Below are positions 12,235 to 22,149 of a DNA stretch of 64,000 nt, piece by piece (position 1 is the stretch's first letter; the number at the start of each line of letters is the position of its first letter). Where the stretch lies: assembly GCA_963708025.1 (NCBI GenBank), contig CAVPSB010000034.1:96001-160000 (forward strand), given 5' to 3'. The position numbers and the translations under genes were made by a program. Source of the DNA: an uncultured Candidatus Rokubacteria bacterium (GTDB lineage: Bacteria; Methylomirabilota; Methylomirabilia; Rokubacteriales; DASRDR01). Under the pieces are notes generated by a model. The model was not told where the DNA came from. It did no database searches and was given only the letters and a program-made list of their open reading frames with translations.

Positions 12235-13905
12235 GTGATCGAGCTCGAGACCCTCCTCCGCGCGGTCATGTCGCGGAAACCCTCCGACATCCACCTTCGC
12301 GTCGGGCTCCAGCCGATCCTCCGGATATCCAACAAGCTGGTCTCCTTCGAGGAGTTGCCCCCCCTGTCGGTGGACGATCTCGAGGACATGGCGCGGCGGC
12401 TGGTCTCCCCGGAGCGCTTCGCCCGGCTGGCCGCGATCGGGGGCGTCAACGTGCCGCTGACGTACCCCGAGCTGGGCCGGTTCCGACTGACCCTGCTGCA
12501 GGCCCGCGGCTACCCGTGCATCGCCATCCGCGCCCTGGCCCACCACGTCCCGACGCTGGAAACCCTGAACCTGCCGCCGGTGGTCGGCCGCTTCGCCACC
12601 GAGCGACGCGGGCTCGTCCTGGTGACCGGACCGGCTGGCTCGGGCAAGTCCACCACGCTGGCCGCCATGGTCGGCCTGATGAACCAGGAGCGGAACGACC
12701 ACGTCGTCACCATCGAGGACCCGATCGAGTACGTCCTCGAGAACGGCACGTGCTACATCACCCAGCGGGAGATCGGGGTGGACGTCCCGAACTACGACGC
12801 CGCGCTCCGGCTCGCTCTCCGCCAGGACCCGAACGTGGTGGTGGTCGGCGAGATGCGGGACGCCGAGACGTTCCGGGCGGTCCTGACGCTGGCCCAGACC
12901 GGCCACCTGGTTCTCTCCACGCTCCACACGGGCGGGGCGGTGGATACCGTGAACCGGATCATCACCGCCTTCCCCCACGCCCGTGAGACGTCGATCCGCG
13001 CCCAGCTCGCCCACGTGCTCAAGGGGGTGATCGGGCAGCGCCTCATCGAGCGGGCCGACGGCTCCGGGCTGCTGCCGGCGACCGAGATCCTCGTGATGAC
13101 CGGGAGCATCTTCCGGGCCATCATGGAGCCACACCTCACCGGGACGATCCCGACGATCATGTCCCGGAGCCGGGACCTCTTCGAGATGCAGACCTTCGAT
13201 CAGTGCGCCCTGGACCTCTTCCTCCGGGGCCTGATCACCGAGGACACCGCGATCCGCACCGCCAACTCGCCGATGGACTTCGAGGTCGCGCTGCGGCGCT
13301 CCCGCCAGTACACGCGCTTCGAGGCGCTGGCCAGCCAGGAGGGCCGGGCGGCCGGCTCCCGGATGGAGGCCATCGTGGTCCTGGAGGTCGTGGGCATGAC
13401 CGACCTCCTCATCACGCACGGCGACGACACCTTCCGCAAGTTCAGCGAGCGGGTGGCGGCCCAGCTCAGCCGCATGGCCAAGGAGTACCGGGCGCGGGCG
13501 ATCGAGCGCCACCTCGATGGCTTCCTCATGACCTTCCCGAACGTGGACTGGGCGGTCCTCACCCTCCGCTCCGTCTTCAACCGCCTCTCCGAGTTCAACG
13601 AGCTGACGGAGATGGAGGTTGCGTTCCGCGGCGCCCTCCACTACGGGAGCACCTGGGTGGACCCCCACTCGAACCGGGTCGGCGCCGCCGTCCACAAGGC
13701 CTTCCGGGTCTGCGCGGCCGTCGGGACCCCGGACGTCTGGGGGCCGGGCCGGCCGAGGGACAAGAACGTGGTGGTGGCGACCGAGGAGACCCGGGAGATG
13801 CTCTTCCCCTACAACGTCTCCTCGCGCCCGCTCGGCTCCATCCCCCTCAAGGGGTTCGAGGGCCTCCACCCCATCTACGAGCTGACCCTCGGACCCGGCA
13901 CGTGA
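12235..13905 (+). CDS. PilT/PilU-family ATPase fused to C-terminal class III nucleotidyl-cyclase-like domain
   Basis: SDIHL, GPAGSGKSTT, TIEDPIE, LRQDPNVVVVGEMRD, TGHLVLSTLH, MQTFDQ; from ~13363 cyclase-like pattern LEVVGMT..HGD..LDGFLMTF..FRGALHYG..VGAAVHKAFR..LKGF..IYEL. Confidence 0.85.
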   Translation: MIELETLLRAVMSRKPSDIHLRVGLQPILRISNKLVSFEELPPLSVDDLEDMARRLVSPERFARLAAIGGVNVPLTYPELGRFRLTLLQARGYPCIAIRALAHHVPTLETLNLPPVVGRFATERRGLVLVTGPAGSGKSTTLAAMVGLMNQERNDHVVTIEDPIEYVLENGTCYITQREIGVDVPNYDAALRLALRQDPNVVVVGEMRDAETFRAVLTLAQTGHLVLSTLHTGGAVDTVNRIITAFPHARETSIRAQLAHVLKGVIGQRLIERADGSGLLPATEILVMTGSIFRAIMEPHLTGTIPTIMSRSRDLFEMQTFDQCALDLFLRGLITEDTAIRTANSPMDFEVALRRSRQYTRFEALASQEGRAAGSRMEAIVVLEVVGMTDLLITHGDDTFRKFSERVAAQLSRMAKEYRARAIERHLDGFLMTFPNVDWAVLTLRSVFNRLSEFNELTEMEVAFRGALHYGSTWVDPHSNRVGAAVHKAFRVCAAVGTPDVWGPGRPRDKNVVVATEETREMLFPYNVSSRPLGSIPLKGFEGLHPIYELTLGPGT

Positions 13906-14666
13906 CGATCCGGGCCATCACCGTCAACTTCTGGGGCACCCTCCTCTTCGAGCCACCCGCGAGCGACGATCGCCACAAGCCGCGACGGCTCGCCGATTTC
14001 GAGACGATCCTGGGGGGAGCGGGAGTGACGGCCGGTCCCGCCGCGCTGGAGCGCGCCTACCGGGACTCGGCGGCGTTCCTGGGCCAGCTCTGGCAGCAGA
14101 ACCGGGACGTGCCGGTCGAGGACCACGTTCGGGCCATCCTGGTCGGCCTCGATCCCGAGCTCCCGCGCCGTCTCGCGGCCGAGGTCTTCCGCGATCTCGT
14201 GGAGGCCTACGCGCGGCCGGCTCTGCTGGCGCCGCCCGCCGTCAACACCGGCGCCCGGGAGGCGCTGACCGCGCTGGCCGAGCAGGGCTACCGGCTGGCC
14301 CTGGTGTCGAACACGATGCGGACGCCGGGGCGGATCCTGCGCGAGCTGCTCCGGCACTATGGCCTCCTGCCCTGCTTCGCCCACCTCACCTTCTCGGACG
14401 AGTGCGGGGTCCGGAAGCCCGAGCCGGCGATCTTCCACCGGACCCTGCGCGCGGTCGGCGCCGAGCCGGCCGAGGCGATCCACGTCGGCGACGATCCGGT
14501 TCTCGACGTCGAGGGTGCCCGGTCGGCCGGGATGCGGGTCATCCAGGTCACGACGACCCGCCCGCCGTGGCTGGGGCGCCACCGGCCCCACGCGACCATC
14601 CCGGACCTGGCGGGGCTCCCCGACGCGGTGGCCCGGCTCGACCGCCGCCGGCGCCGCCGGGACTGA
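13902..14666 (+). CDS. HAD-superfamily hydrolase (motif I Asp reads as Asn)
   Basis: GTGA overlap with PilT fusion; IRAITVNFWGTL, LVSNT, RKPEPAIF, HVGDDPVLDVEGA. Confidence 0.85.
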   Translation: MTIRAITVNFWGTLLFEPPASDDRHKPRRLADFETILGGAGVTAGPAALERAYRDSAAFLGQLWQQNRDVPVEDHVRAILVGLDPELPRRLAAEVFRDLVEAYARPALLAPPAVNTGAREALTALAEQGYRLALVSNTMRTPGRILRELLRHYGLLPCFAHLTFSDECGVRKPEPAIFHRTLRAVGAEPAEAIHVGDDPVLDVEGARSAGMRVIQVTTTRPPWLGRHRPHATIPDLAGLPDAVARLDRRRRRRD

Positions 14667-14747
14667 ACCTCCCGGTGTCGGGAGTTCATCGTTGACGAGG
14701 TAGCGAGGACCGGCCCCTGCTTGCTACCCCAGGTTCGCGGAGAGGGC

Positions 14748-15344
14748 CTACCAGATGAACAGGATCACGGACGCGGCGAGGAGCGCTCCCATGGCGCCAT
14801 TGAAGATGCGCCGGGCGCGCTCGGAGCGCAGCCAGCGCTGCAAGACGGCGCCGAAGGCGAGCCAGGGGAAACAGCTGGGGAGGGACGCCAGCACGAAGAC
14901 GAGCCCGAAGGCGGCGGACTGACCCAGGGCGCTGCCCGCGCGGGCATCGAGGAAGGTCGCCGTCGCGCTGGCACAGACGAGCCATGACTTCGGGTTGATC
15001 CACTGAAAGGCCGCGGCGCCGGCGAATCCGACCGGCTTGCCGCCCGCGGTGGCACCGGCGCGGCCAGCCGTCGCGATCTTCCAGGCGAGCCAGCCCAGAA
15101 CCCCGGCCCCGCACCACTTGACGACCTCCAGGACGACGGGATTGCCGAGGATCACGCTCCCGAGACCGAAGGCCACGACGAACATCATCACCCCCATGCC
15201 GACGCTGACCCCGAGCAGGCAGGGCAGGCCGCGCAGCACGCCCACGTTCGCCCCTGTGGCCGTCAGCAGCGCGTTGCTGGGGCCCGGCGTGCCGGCCGCG
15301 GCGACCGAGAAGACGAAGAAGGCGAGGGCCTGCTCCAGCGTCAT
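14748..15344 (-). CDS. LysE family translocator
   Basis: TPGPSNALL, FQWINPKSW, six hydrophobic segments. Confidence 0.9.
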   Translation of the reverse strand: MTLEQALAFFVFSVAAAGTPGPSNALLTATGANVGVLRGLPCLLGVSVGMGVMMFVVAFGLGSVILGNPVVLEVVKWCGAGVLGWLAWKIATAGRAGATAGGKPVGFAGAAAFQWINPKSWLVCASATATFLDARAGSALGQSAAFGLVFVLASLPSCFPWLAFGAVLQRWLRSERARRIFNGAMGALLAASVILFIW

Positions 15345-15380
15345 TCCGGTCACCCCACCCGTCTCTGGTAGACTCGCCGC

Positions 15381-16298
15381 ATGGCGCCGATGATGGGCCG
15401 ATCGGGCGGGGAGGGTCTTGAACGTTCGTGCGGAGGGGACGACTGGGTGCAGGGTCGCGAGCCGATCGGGGGCGTCGAGCTGCTCCGGGCCTGGTTCGGC
15501 GGGCGCGCCTACGCCAGGCATCGCCACGACACCTACGCGATCGGCGTGACCGAGGCCGGTGTCCAGATGTTCGACTATCGCGGCCGGGTCGAGCGCAGCA
15601 CGCCGGGCCAGGTCGTCGTGCTCCACCCCGACGAAGCGCACGACGGCCGCGCCGGCGCGAAGGGCGGGTTCGGCTACCGGATCGTCTATGTCGACCCGGC
15701 GCGCATCGCCGCCGCCGTCCGCGCGATCACCGGTCGCCCGACGCCGCTGCCCTTCGTCGGCGCGCCCGTTTCGCGCAACCCGACGCTGGCGGGCGCCGTC
15801 ACGGCCGCATTCCGGTCGGCGCCGGAGCCCCTGGCGCTGGACGCTCTCGTTCTGCGATTGGCCGAAGGCCTGATCGAAGGGGGTCCGGACGGCCCATCCG
15901 CTGGCGCCCCCCGCCGTCTCGACCACGCGGCGCTCGCGCGGGGCCGTGCTTTCCTGGACAGCCGCCGCGCCATCGTGCGGTCGGCCGAGCTGGAGGCGGT
16001 CACCGGGCTGAGCCGCTACGAGCTCGCCCGCCAGTTCCGGGCATGGTACGGGACGAGCCCCTACCGCTATTCGCTCATGCGGCGGCTCGATTTCGCGCGG
16101 AGCCAGCTGTGCGGCGGGAGACCGCTGGCCGAGCTGGCGCTGACGGCGGGCTTTGCCGACCAGGCGCACTTCACGCGCATGTTCAGATCGGCCTACGGCG
16201 TCACGCCGGGACGCTACGCGAGGCTTCACGCCGCGGGAGCCGCCTGGACCGCCAGGATGGGCCCGATGCCCACCTTTTCGGCCACCGGGCGGGCCTAG
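15381..16298 (+). CDS. AraC family transcriptional regulator
   Basis: RHRHDTYAIG cupin domain; C-terminal GFADQAHFTRMFRSAYGVTPGRY; divergent from LysE gene. Confidence 0.9.
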   Translation: MAPMMGRSGGEGLERSCGGDDWVQGREPIGGVELLRAWFGGRAYARHRHDTYAIGVTEAGVQMFDYRGRVERSTPGQVVVLHPDEAHDGRAGAKGGFGYRIVYVDPARIAAAVRAITGRPTPLPFVGAPVSRNPTLAGAVTAAFRSAPEPLALDALVLRLAEGLIEGGPDGPSAGAPRRLDHAALARGRAFLDSRRAIVRSAELEAVTGLSRYELARQFRAWYGTSPYRYSLMRRLDFARSQLCGGRPLAELALTAGFADQAHFTRMFRSAYGVTPGRYARLHAAGAAWTARMGPMPTFSATGRA

Positions 16299-16405
16299 AG
16301 CGGCCGGCGCCGCCCGAAGGAGAGGAGGGCGAACTCGCGTGGCTCGAGGTTCTGCTGGACCGACACCGCGCGGATGCCGCTCACCATGTCGGCGACCCGG
16401 GAACC

Positions 16406-17179
16406 TCAGGGCCGCACGGCGGGCGCCTCGAACGCCATCCCGCGCGCGCGCCACATGAGGTAGAGCTCGAGATCGACGAGCTCGGGGGCGCCGTATTCGT
16501 ACGGTTCCGCGCGGATCCCGACGAGACAGTTGCGCAGCCGGCGCTGGAGCGAGCCGAGCCCCTGCCACTCCAGCCGGTAGAGCGGGTACCCGGTCGGGTG
16601 CGCCTGCGGGATGACGTTGCCCGCGAGCCGCCGCCCCCAGTGGTCGTCGTGACACTGGCTGCAGGCAAGATTGAGCTGGCCCTGGCGCCGATGGAAGGTC
16701 GCGCGGCCGGCGTCGAGGAACGGCTGCGTCCGTGCGTCGATCGCGAGGTCGATCGGCAGGCCGCGCGACTGGCGCGCGACGTAGGCGGTCAGCATCAGGA
16801 GATCCCGGCTCTCGTAGGCGAGCGGCGGCGCCTTCTGCCGGTCGGCGCGGCAGAGGTTGATGCGCTGCTCGAGGTTGACCGGCCGGCCCTGCGCGGCGTC
16901 GAACGACGGGTGGCGCGCGGCCACGCCCTTCATGCTGGTGCGGGCATCGCCGTGACAATCGGCGCAGGCGCGGCCGGCGGCGCCGGTCTTCCGGTTCCAC
17001 AGGGATTCGCCCTCGAGCACCCAGAGCATCCCGGGGTTCGCGGTGTCGTCGTCCTGCATCGCGCGCGTCTCACGGCTCATGAAGTCGTAGCCGGAGCGGC
17101 GGTCGGCGGGCGGGATCTCGCCGGCGAATGCCGCCGCCGCCAGCGCCATCGCGCCCACCGCGGCGCCGAATCGCCGCAC
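16406..17179 (-). CDS. soxA: SoxA-family diheme c-type cytochrome
   Basis: MQDDDTANPG, CADCH, CSQCH, GYPLYRLEWQGLGSLQRRLRNC, LELYL. Confidence 0.9.
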   Translation of the reverse strand: MRRFGAAVGAMALAAAAFAGEIPPADRRSGYDFMSRETRAMQDDDTANPGMLWVLEGESLWNRKTGAAGRACADCHGDARTSMKGVAARHPSFDAAQGRPVNLEQRINLCRADRQKAPPLAYESRDLLMLTAYVARQSRGLPIDLAIDARTQPFLDAGRATFHRRQGQLNLACSQCHDDHWGRRLAGNVIPQAHPTGYPLYRLEWQGLGSLQRRLRNCLVGIRAEPYEYGAPELVDLELYLMWRARGMAFEAPAVRP

Positions 17180-17499
17180 TACTCGACGGTGATGGCGACC
17201 GACTCCGTCACCGAGAAGCCGTTGTCGCCCGTCCAGTGGAACGCGAGCGTTCCGCTCTCCGTGGCGACCGTCGAGAACACGATGAACGGATTCGCGGCGA
17301 TCGCGGGGTGGAGCTCGGCGCGGAAGACTTCGGTGCCGTTGTAGGTGCACACGAACGACCTGATGATGTCGCGCGGGATCGGCGCGCCGAACTGGGTGCG
17401 GCGATACCCGGTCTCCATCGGGTGCGAGATCAGCGTCTTGATCTCGATGACCTCGCCGCGCTTCGCCCGGGCCGGGACGTTGATGAGCGCGCTCGCCAC
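17179..17499 (-). CDS. soxZ: SoxZ-family carrier subunit
   Basis: LISHPMETGYR, HPAIAANPFIVF, WTGDNG. Confidence 0.9.
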   Translation of the reverse strand: MASALINVPARAKRGEVIEIKTLISHPMETGYRRTQFGAPIPRDIIRSFVCTYNGTEVFRAELHPAIAANPFIVFSTVATESGTLAFHWTGDNGFSVTESVAITVE

Positions 17500-17501
17500 G
17501 G

Positions 17502-17975
17502 CTACGCGTCCTCCAGACACGCGGCGAGCGTCACCACGACGTCGACGCTCGCGGACCAGAACGAGCCGTCGCTCAGCTCCGAGATCGCGACCACGGTCTG
17601 GGTGTCGGCGAGGCGGATGCGGGTCGCCACGCGCGCTCGCCCGGCGCGCGGCCCGAGGCGGAAGCTCACGACCTCGGGCTGCGGGTTCTTCTCGGTGAAG
17701 ACGTGGATGGCCCGCACGTGGTCGGCCTCGGTCATCGGGCTCTCGACGCTGACCGCGAGCGGCACGGTGTTGCCGTTCTCGACCAGCGGCGGCAGCTCGA
17801 GCTTCACCTTGCCCGCGGTGAGGCGAGCCGTGCCCACCACCTTGGCGATCGCCTCCTGCATCGCCGCGGGCGTGGCGCGCGCGGGCGCGACCGTCATCAC
17901 GGACGCGAGCCCGACACCCGCCGCGGCGCCGCCGGCGGCCACGAGAAATTCGCGACGCGAGGTGCGACGGCTCAT
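17502..17975 (-). CDS. SoxY paralog with AAC-type C-terminal arm
   Basis: Tat signal SRREFL; ENGNTVP, EKNPQP, RIRLADTQ; ends VTLAACLEDA instead of GGCGG. Confidence 0.88.
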   Translation of the reverse strand: MSRRTSRREFLVAAGGAAAGVGLASVMTVAPARATPAAMQEAIAKVVGTARLTAGKVKLELPPLVENGNTVPLAVSVESPMTEADHVRAIHVFTEKNPQPEVVSFRLGPRAGRARVATRIRLADTQTVVAISELSDGSFWSASVDVVVTLAACLEDA

Positions 17976-18389
17976 TCAGTCCTTCAACGTCATCAAGAAG
18001 GCCACGACGTCCTCGATCTGCTCCGCGCTCAAGACGGGTTTGCCGCGCCAGGCCGGCGCCACCCGCGCCAGCCCCTCGGTCCGATGATACGCCGGCATGA
18101 TCGTCGCGGGGTTGATCCGGCCCGAATCGACGATCCGGAGCCGCAGCTGGCCTTCGGACCAGCGCGCGCCGGCTCCCCTGAGATCGGGCGCAAGATCGCC
18201 CTGGAACCGCTCCTCCGGGAACGGCCCGCTGTGACAGAGCAGGCACAGGCCGACCTGGCGGTTCGTGACGATCGCGCGGCCACGCGCCGGATCGCCCTTG
18301 GCGCCGGTGAGCGAAGCCGGCATCGCATCCTGGCCACTCGCCACGCCCGCCATGCAGCAGACCGCGACGATCGCGGCCGCCGATCTCAC
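17976..18389 (-). CDS. soxX: SoxX-family monoheme cytochrome c
   Basis: GDPARGRAI, CLLCH, GDLAPDL, NPATIMP, IEDVVAFL. Confidence 0.9.
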   Translation of the reverse strand: MRSAAAIVAVCCMAGVASGQDAMPASLTGAKGDPARGRAIVTNRQVGLCLLCHSGPFPEERFQGDLAPDLRGAGARWSEGQLRLRIVDSGRINPATIMPAYHRTEGLARVAPAWRGKPVLSAEQIEDVVAFLMTLKD

Positions 18390-19660
18390 CCGAACACCTC
18401 GCCGGTGATCGTGCGGAACCAGGCCTCGGCCAGCACGGCCTCGGCCGCCCGCGTCGCGCGCGGCGCGTCCAGGGGGCTGACGCCGCCGGAGCCGGGGACC
18501 TCGGCGAGCTGTCCGCCCGAAGGCGCGTAGACGCCGGCGACCGAGATCCCGTAGTCGGGCGCGACGAGGCTGTAGCAGGTGTTGATGAGCTTGGGCGCGG
18601 ACGGCGCGGCGCCGGTGAGGAGCCGCGCCACCGCCGCCGCGCACGTCTTGGCCTGCGCGTTCGCGGCGAAGGCCGATTTCGGCATCGCGCCGGCGATCGC
18701 GGCGTCGCCGATGACGTGAATGCGCGCCTGCAGCTTCGACTCGAACGTCACCGGATCGATCGGGCACCAGCCGCTGCGGTCGGCGACGCCGGCGGCGTCC
18801 GCGATGCGGCCCGCCTTCTGCGGCGGGATGACGTTGGCCACTTTCGCCTGGTGCCGGCCGAAATCGGTCACCAGCGTGCGGGTCGCGGCGTCCACCGAGG
18901 TGACGTTGCCGCCCTTGGACAGCGGCACCCACTCGAGCAGGCCCGGGTACAGCTCGGCCCAGGCGGCCTGGAACAGCCGCTGCTTGGAGAACGCGTCCTT
19001 GGCGTCGAGGACGATCAGCTTGGAGCGCGGCTTGCTCGTCTTGAGGTAGTGCGCGATCAGGCTGGCGCGCTCGTAGGGCCCGGGCGGGCAGCGGAACGGG
19101 TTCGCCGGCGCCGAGATGACGACGAGCCCGCCATCGTCCATGGCCTCGAGCTGGCGGCGCAGGAGCAGCGTCTGCTCGCCCGCGCGCCAGGCGTGCGGCA
19201 TGTGGGCGGCCGCCGCCTCGTCGTAGCCGGGAAGCGCGCCCCAGCGGATGTCGATGCCGGGCGCCAGCACCAGCCGGTCGTACGGCAGGCGCGTGCCCTC
19301 GGCGAGCGTGACCGACCGCGCCTGGGCGTCGACCGCGGTCGCCGTCGCGCGGACGACGGCGATGCCGTCGGCGGCGACGCGCTCGTACGTGAACTGCTGC
19401 GCGGAGAGCTCTCGCCGGCCGCCGATCACGACGTTGCTGAACGGGCAGGCGGTGAACGTCGCGTTCGCCTCGACCAGCGTCACGGCGATGCGCGGGTCGG
19501 CCTGCCGGAGCGCGCGGGCGCAGCTCGCGCCGGCGAACCCTCCACCCACCACGACGACGCGCGGCGCGGCTCCTTGGGCGAAGGCGGGAGCGGGGAACAG
19601 GGCGGCCGAGGCGGTGGCCGCCACACCGAGCCTCAGGAACTCGCGGCGACCCGGCTTCAC
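18386..19660 (-). CDS. fccB: Flavocytochrome c sulfide dehydrogenase flavoprotein (FccB/SoxF)
   Basis: Tat GRREFL; VVGGGFAG, CPFSN, RCPPGPYER, MPKSA, NTCYS. Confidence 0.9.
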   Translation of the reverse strand: MKPGRREFLRLGVAATASAALFPAPAFAQGAAPRVVVVGGGFAGASCARALRQADPRIAVTLVEANATFTACPFSNVVIGGRRELSAQQFTYERVAADGIAVVRATATAVDAQARSVTLAEGTRLPYDRLVLAPGIDIRWGALPGYDEAAAAHMPHAWRAGEQTLLLRRQLEAMDDGGLVVISAPANPFRCPPGPYERASLIAHYLKTSKPRSKLIVLDAKDAFSKQRLFQAAWAELYPGLLEWVPLSKGGNVTSVDAATRTLVTDFGRHQAKVANVIPPQKAGRIADAAGVADRSGWCPIDPVTFESKLQARIHVIGDAAIAGAMPKSAFAANAQAKTCAAAVARLLTGAAPSAPKLINTCYSLVAPDYGISVAGVYAPSGGQLAEVPGSGGVSPLDAPRATRAAEAVLAEAWFRTITGEVFG

Positions 19661-19949
19661 GGCTGCGCGGCGTACCAGGCGGCGATCGCCTGGATCTCCT
19701 CGTCGGTGAAGCCCTTGGCGATCCGGTCCATGACCGTCGCCGCCCGCGCCCCCGAGCGGAAGTCCTGCAGGGCCTTGACGATCGCGGCCCGATCGAGCCC
19801 GGCCAGCCGCGGCACCGGCGACGTCACGCGTGCCGACGCGGGATGACAGCCGGAGCACGCCGCGGCGCCGGCGGGCGGCTCCGCCGACGCCGCCAGCGGC
19901 CGCGGCGATCGAGAGGAGCCCGATCGCAGCGGCCACGAGCCTTCGACAT
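19657..19949 (-). CDS. Small monoheme cytochrome c (FccA-like), frameshifted N-terminus
   Basis: Frame missed by the ORF track reads EPPAGAAACSGCH...LAGL...TVMDRIAKGFTDEEIQAIAAWYAAQP*; signal-like segment lies in another frame. Confidence 0.8.
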
Positions 19950-19954
19950 CCGCC

Positions 19955-22136
19955 TCACACCATCTGGATACCGTGGTTCTTCAGCGGGAACGTGCGGATG
20001 CGCCGGCCGGTCGCGTCGAAGTACGCGTTCAGGACCGCCGGCGCCGCCACGCAGATCGTCGGCTCCCCGACCCCGCCCCAGAACCCGCCGGACGGCATGA
20101 TGATCGACTCGACCTTCGGCATCTGCGCGATCCGCATCGAGTCGTAGCTGTGGAAGTTCTCCTGCTCGATGCGGCCGGCCTTGACCGTGCACTCCTCCAT
20201 GAACAGCGCGGACAGGCCGTAGACGAACGACCCGGAGATCTGCCGCTCGATCTGCGCCGGGTTGACGGCATACCCGGAATCGGTCGCGGCGACGATGCGC
20301 CGGACCTTCACCTTGGTGCCGTCGCTGACGGAGATCTCCGCGCACGCCGCCACGTAGCTGCCGAACGCCATCATCTGCGCCAGACCGCGATGCACGCCCT
20401 GCGGCGCCGGCTTGCCCCAGCCCGCGCGATCGGCCACCGCGTTCAGCACGGCCAGGTGCTTGGGATGCTTGCTCATCAGCTTGCGCCGGAACTCGAGCGC
20501 ATCCTGGCCGGCGGCATGCGCCAGCTCGTCCATGAAGCATTCCATGAAGATGGCGTTCTGGTTGATGTTCACGCCGCGCCAGAACCCCGGCGGGACGTGC
20601 GTGTTGCGCATCGCATGGTCGATCAAGAGATTGGGGACGCTGTACCCGAACGCGAAATCACCGCTCGGGTCGAGCCCCTGGAAGGCCAGATTGTCCCTCC
20701 CGTCCTGGAGGTTCTGCGGGAACACGGCCGCGATGATGGACTGGCCGGACAGGCGGCAGTGCAGCCCCGTCAGATTCCCGGCCGCGTCCAGCGCCCCGGT
20801 CAGCTTCGCCTGCATGACCGGGTGATACCGGCCGTGGGTCATGTCCTCCTCGCGCGACCACAGGAGCTTCACGTGCGTGCCCGGAATCTGCTTGGCGATC
20901 AGGACGGCCTGGGTCACGTAGTCGTGGAAGGCCCCCCGCCGGCCGAAGCCGCCACCGAGATTGAGCTTGTAGACCTCGCACTTGTCGGCCGGCAGACCGG
21001 ACGCGGCCAGCGTCGCCGCGAATGCGGCCTCGCCATTCTGCGTCGGGACCCAGACCTCGCAGCGATCCGCCGTGTACTTCGCCGTCGCGTTCATCGGCTC
21101 CATCGGCGCGTGGTTCTGGAACGGATAGGCGTACACCGCCTCGACCTTCTTCGACCGCGCCCGCGATGGCTGCCTTCACGTCGCCGCTCTGGTTGCGCAC
21201 GAAGGCCTGATCGGCATCGAGGCCGGCCTTCAGCATCTCGGCGATCGTCGCGCTCGACACCGCGGCGTTCGGGCCCTCGTCCCAGACGATGGGCAGCGCG
21301 TCGAGCGCGGTCTTCGCCTGCCACCACGTGTCGGCCACGACGGCGACCGCGGAATCGCCGACCGGCACCACGTGCCGGACGCCGGGCATGCCCGTCACCT
21401 TGGCGGCCTCGAAGCTCTTCACCTTGCCGCCGAACACCGGACAGTCCTTGATCGCGGCATTGAGCATCCCGGGGAACCTCAGGTCGAAGCCGTAGACCTG
21501 CGCCCCGGTCACCTTCGGCAGCGTGTCGAGGCGCTTCACCGACTTGCCGATGAGCTTCCAGTCCTTCGGGTCCTTGAGCGCCACGCTCGCCGGCGGGGTC
21601 AGCTTCGCGGCGGCCTCCGCGACCTTGCCGTACGTGGTCGTGCGGCCGGTGGGCTTGTGCGTGATCACGCTGTTGGCGGCGCTGCACTCCGAGGCCGGCA
21701 CCCCCCAGGCGTCGGCCGCGGCCTGGACCAGCATCACCCGCGCGGTGGCGCCGCCCTGGCGGACGTACTCGTGCGACGTCCGGATGCCGCGGCTGCCGCC
21801 CGTGGAGAAATCGCCCCACACGCGCTTGCGCGCGACGCTCTGGCCGGGCGTCGGGTACTCGGTCGTCACCTTCGACCAGTCGCACTCGAGCTCCTCGGCC
21901 ACCATCTGCGCGAGGCCGGTGAGCGTGCCCTGCCCCATCTCGGACCGCGCGATCCGGATCACGACCGTGTCGTCCGGGCGGATGACCACCCAGGCGGTGA
22001 TCTCGGGCGAGCCGTCCTGGGCGCGGACCACGCTCGTGCCGAACGGGATCTTCAGGCCCAGGGCGAGCCCGGCGCCGACGGCGGTGGTGCCCACGATGAA
22101 GGAGCGGCGATCGATCCTCGCAGTCTTGGTGATCAT
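19955..22136 (-). CDS. Xanthine oxidase-family molybdopterin subunit (IorB-like), frameshift near 21150
   Basis: Tat [42 protein letters not shown]. Confidence 0.9.
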
Positions 22137-22149
22137 GGCCCGTTCCCCC

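Noticed and set aside
14748-17000. 750-aa ORF suggesting a large LysE fusion
   Set aside because: Only the last 198 aa are LysE-like; the rest overlaps the AraC and soxA genes in other frames
16406-19949. Calling a complete thiosulfate-oxidising Sox pathway
   Set aside because: No soxB/soxCD in the window and the SoxY lacks the GGCGG arm
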